The notes under the pieces are model-generated. The model did no database searches, was not told the origin of the DNA, and saw nothing but the letters and a program-made list of their open reading frames with translations. From Neodothiora populina (lineage: Eukaryota), in assembly GCF_041146345.1 (NCBI RefSeq), contig NW_027191407.1, forward strand, positions 248,001 through 312,000: 64,000 nt of DNA. The letters are read 5' to 3'. The translations under genes and the position numbers were made by a program. Below are positions 60,474 to 64,000 of the stretch, piece after piece. The stretch's first letter is position 1, and the number at the start of each line of letters is the position of its first letter.

Positions 60474-62604
60474 TTACACGACGCCACCGGCTTCGCCTTC
60501 TCGTGCTTTCTCGGCTGCGACATCTTCTGCGTCGCGCTCTTTGACACCCTCTTCCTTCATGGCCTCGACGGATTCCTTGTCAGCAGCGGCAGCATCAGGA
60601 GCAGCGGGAGCTGCAGGGGCTTCTGTGGCGTCTCCTTCACCCATCTCTACATCCGCTGGAGGTGTGGCTGTGCGAGCGGGTGCCGGTGCGGGTGCACTCT
60701 CGTTGGCGGCTGTCTCGGGCTCCACGGCAGCAGGTTCGACAGGTGCTGCGGTCTCGGGGGCTGGTGGCGCTGGCTCAGAGACATCATTGCTCATCTCGAC
60801 GTCTTCGGTCTGTTTCGTTTCCGGTGCGGGCGATGCTCGAGCTGGTGCGTTGGAAGCCGTCTCCTCTTCTTTCGTCATCGGTTCCACGAGCGGGTTCGGC
60901 GTTTCCGACGTCTTGCTGGCCATGATCTCCTGGGCCACAGCCTCGTTGGCGGCCGTCGTGTCGTGTTCTGCGTTGGACGTGGGCGGGATGGGTAGTGGGT
61001 CAATGGCCATCTCATCGCCTGTATCACTTCTCGGCGCGCTATCCGCAGGGGTTGCAGAGCCCGACTCGACGTCGCCAAGACCGAGATCTGCATGGGGGTT
61101 CTTGTGGTCCATGATGCCGGGTCGTTTCTTTCCCGGTTGGCGCTTGACGCCATTCTGCTCGTTCATGTCTTCGTCGTCCGAGTCGTCGAGCTCGCCTTCG
61201 TGTTCGATGCGGGCGTCCCACTTGCGCTGAGTGTAGCGGGTGTCGGGGTTTCGGTCGTCGTCCTCGTCGTCCAGTCGGTCTTCTCGCTCGTCCAGATCCT
61301 CCGGGTTGCCCTCCTTGTCGGGATCATCGGTGTTATCGATGGGGAACAGAGGGGTTCGGGGGACTTCTGTGAGTTGCACCGAAGGGGCGGCAGCTGTGCG
61401 ACGTAGGTTCTCAAAGACCTGGGTCTTGATCTTTTCCAGATATTCCGGTGAGTTCGCGTTGTCCATGTTAGAGGGTCGCACGTCCAGCTCGAAATCGGGA
61501 GAGTAGTATTCGTAGTAGTCAGTGTAGGGAAGCTCGGGGCCCATCTCCTGGCCGACAAGTTGACCGGTCTCGAAGGCCCAGGTTCGTGCGACATTGCGCA
61601 TGGTGTATCCACCACCTCCAACGACAAGAGTCGGGAGGTTGAAGCTCTTGACGAAACTGACGCAGTTTGCGTGACCGCGCATGCTGAGATTGAAGCAACC
61701 CAATCGATCTCCACTGAGACTGTCACCACCGCATTGCAAGACGACAGCCTCGGGTCGGAAGCACTCCATGATTTTGGCGATGACGGGCTCGAAGATGTCC
61801 TTGTAGGCCTTGTCGTCAATGCCGTCTCGCAGAGGAAAGTTCACAGCATAATTCCTCCCGTTGCCGACGCCGATGTCGCGAAGCTCGCCAGTGCCGGGGA
61901 AGTATTCGCCGTACTTGTGGAACGAACAGGTCATGACTCGGTCGGTCGAGTAGAAGGCCTCTTCGACACCGTCGCCATGGTGGACGTCGATGTCGATGTA
62001 CAGCACTCTCGCCTTGAAGCGCAACAACTCGATGATGCCGAGGACAATGTCGTTGACATAACAGAAGCCGCTGGCCTCGCTCTTCTTGGCGTGATGGAGA
62101 CCGCCTGCCCAATTGACGGCGACATCGCACTTTCCGCGGTTCAGACGAGCGGCGCCCTCCATGCTGCCTCCAGCGCTGATTCCACAAAACTCAAAGAGGC
62201 CGTCGAAGACGGGACAGTCATCGCCGACGTTGTATTTGCCCTGCTCTTTGGCGTAGTTGTCCATGTTGTCCGGGGTGACTTTTGACAGGAAATCGATGTA
62301 CTCGTCGGTGTGGAACTGGGTCATTTCGTACTTTGAGGCAGGCTTCGCGCGCTGTGTCTTGTCAGTAGGTACACCAGCACAGAAGGGCACGAGATCCACA
62401 TACGTAGATCTCCATCTTCTTGTAGAGACCGTAGTTCATGATCAGACTGTGGGCCATTCTTATGCGATGGGGCTTCATGGGATGACCGGCATTGTAGGCG
62501 TAGTTTCCGACATCCGAATCGTAGAAATAGGCGACTTTCTTGTTCTGAGCTCCGTTGAGTCGAGGAGGGTCGATGGGCGCATAGCCCTGCGTGCCCGAGG
62601 CCAT
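60474..62604 (-). CDS. RPD3: Class I histone deacetylase Rpd3/RpdA with long acidic C-terminal extension
   Basis: [52 protein letters not shown]. Intron 62352-62403. Confidence 0.97.
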
Positions 62605-62950
62605 GGCTGGGGATGGTGGAAGGATGAGGCACCCTGATGACTCGGAGGACCCGAGACGTCGAATGTGGCTTGCTGGTGACGGGAAGAGACGGTCAATTAA
62701 ACCAATGCATTGGTATGCGCGAGAGTGGCAAGGCTAAGGTAAGGTAAGCGTGGAATATGGAGAAGCCGGAACAAACCCCAAGCAAACATCCCAGGCCATC
62801 TTGTCAAGAGTCCGTGCGTCGGCTCCGATAGTCCTGATAAAGATAGAAGCCGCGTTCGTCGAGTGGAGCTACAGCCAGGCAGCCAGGCGCCCAGATGATA
62901 TACTGCACTACTAGACAAACCAGAGCAAACTGATACACCTTTGTAGCTGC

Positions 62951-62998
62951 CCATCATCCATCATCCATCATCCATCATCCGTCATCCGTCCATCCATC
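62951..62998 (+). repeat. 7-bp tandem repeat (CCATCAT)n decaying to CCGTCAT/CATC
   Basis: ccatcat x4, then ccgtcat ccgtccatccatc, in the RPD3-RPN11 intergenic region. Confidence 0.8.
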
Positions 62999-63247
62999 TC
63001 ATACACTCGATCTCGCATTCGTCATCCACACCATCCACCACTTTCTCATCGCCATCGTCATCGTCACCACCGCTCCAGCGACAATCCACCAGACCATTTC
63101 TCTTCATCCATCTGGTCTCCTCATCTGATCACTTGCAGTCTTCGACGCTCATCGACAACAGCGTCCTGAGCTCAACCCTCGGCCACTTCGAGTGTCAATC
63201 ACAGCCTTCCTCTATCTCGTCCTCCTGAAGCGCATACACATCACATC

Positions 63248-64000
63248 ATGGATCGCCTAAGTCGAATGTTGGCTGCCGCCCAGGGCATGGGAGGCGGCTC
63301 CGGTGGCCCTCAGCAGGACAGCAACATTGTCGACAACAGTGAAACCGTCTACATTTCATCCCTCGCCTTGCTCAAAATGCTACGTCACGGCCGCGCAGGT
63401 GTGCCCATGGAGGTCATGGGTCTGATGCTGGGCGAGTTTGTCGATGACTATACCGTGCGCGTCGTCGATGTTTTCGCCATGCCGCAATCAGGAACCGGCG
63501 TCTCTGTCGAGGCTGTGGATCCTGTCTTCCAGACCAAGATGATGGATATGCTCCGTCAGACCGGCCGGTACGCTGACTCTTTTTCTCCTCTGCCTCTCAC
63601 ACCCGACTGACCTTTTCTCTTCCCAGACCGGAAACCGTCGTTGGCTGGTACCACTCTCACCCTGGTTTCGGCTGCTGGTTATCCAGCGTCGATATCAACA
63701 CACAACAGTCCTTTGAACAGCTCACCCCTCGCGCCGTCGCCGTCGTCATCGATCCCATCCAATCAGTCAAGGGCAAGGTCGTCATCGACGCCTTCCGCCT
63801 CATCAACCCACAGACGCTCATGCTCGGCCAAGAGCCACGCCAGACGACGTCCAACGTCGGACACCTCAACAAGCCCTCCATCCAAGCTCTCATCCACGGT
63901 CTCAACAGACACTACTACTCCATCGCTGTCGGCTATCTCAAGGGTCGGGGAGGCGGAGGCGCGAGCGGCTCGTCCCAAGGTGTTGGTGCCTCGGCCGGCC
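63248..64000 (+). CDS. RPN11: 26S proteasome lid deubiquitinase Rpn11 (3' end outside window)
   Basis: [31 protein letters not shown] and JAMM motif [17 protein letters not shown]. Intron 63568-63626. Confidence 0.97.

Noticed and set aside
60474..61330. Long acidic Ala/Pro/Glu tail of Rpd3 as a novelty
   Set aside because: An extended C-terminus is an established feature of RpdA-type enzymes in filamentous fungi.
60448..62285. Long antisense and alternate-frame ORFs over RPD3 (also over PWP1, SPP1, JIP5, CitE)
   Set aside because: Shadow ORFs expected from GC-rich, codon-biased CDS on the other strand; no independent motifs.
1268..64000. Stop-codon readthrough yielding cryptic PTS1 signals
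   Set aside because: In the stop contexts I read, none combined TGA-CTA with a downstream SKL-type end.

Overview
Gene-dense eukaryotic DNA from a filamentous ascomycete (Pezizomycotina, probably a Dothideomycete; inferred from short GT-AG introns with CTRAC/CTAAY branch sites and from protein style). I can support 36 protein-coding genes (the last truncated by the window end), one intron-containing tRNA-Asp(GTC) and a few microsatellites. Almost all genes are conserved housekeeping genes, often in tight divergent (about 280-640 bp) or convergent (about 55-270 bp) pairs. No CRISPR array, rRNA, intact transposon or secondary-metabolite cluster is visible. Points worth follow-up: (1) 12 of 23 consecutive genes at 3.9-38.4 kb encode predicted mitochondrial translation or OXPHOS-assembly proteins; (2) Rpn11 appears to carry a Gly/Ser-rich insertion at a normally invariant site; (3) an APH/kinase-like gene is frameshifted; (4) UBA3 has a 6-nt microexon; (5) several long introns fold into hairpins; (6) the BolA gene has two in-frame starts; (7) a one-strand G-depleted, RIP-like relic lies near the window start. 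All product calls come from motif recognition by eye, with no database search. I found no single clearly novel multi-gene system.
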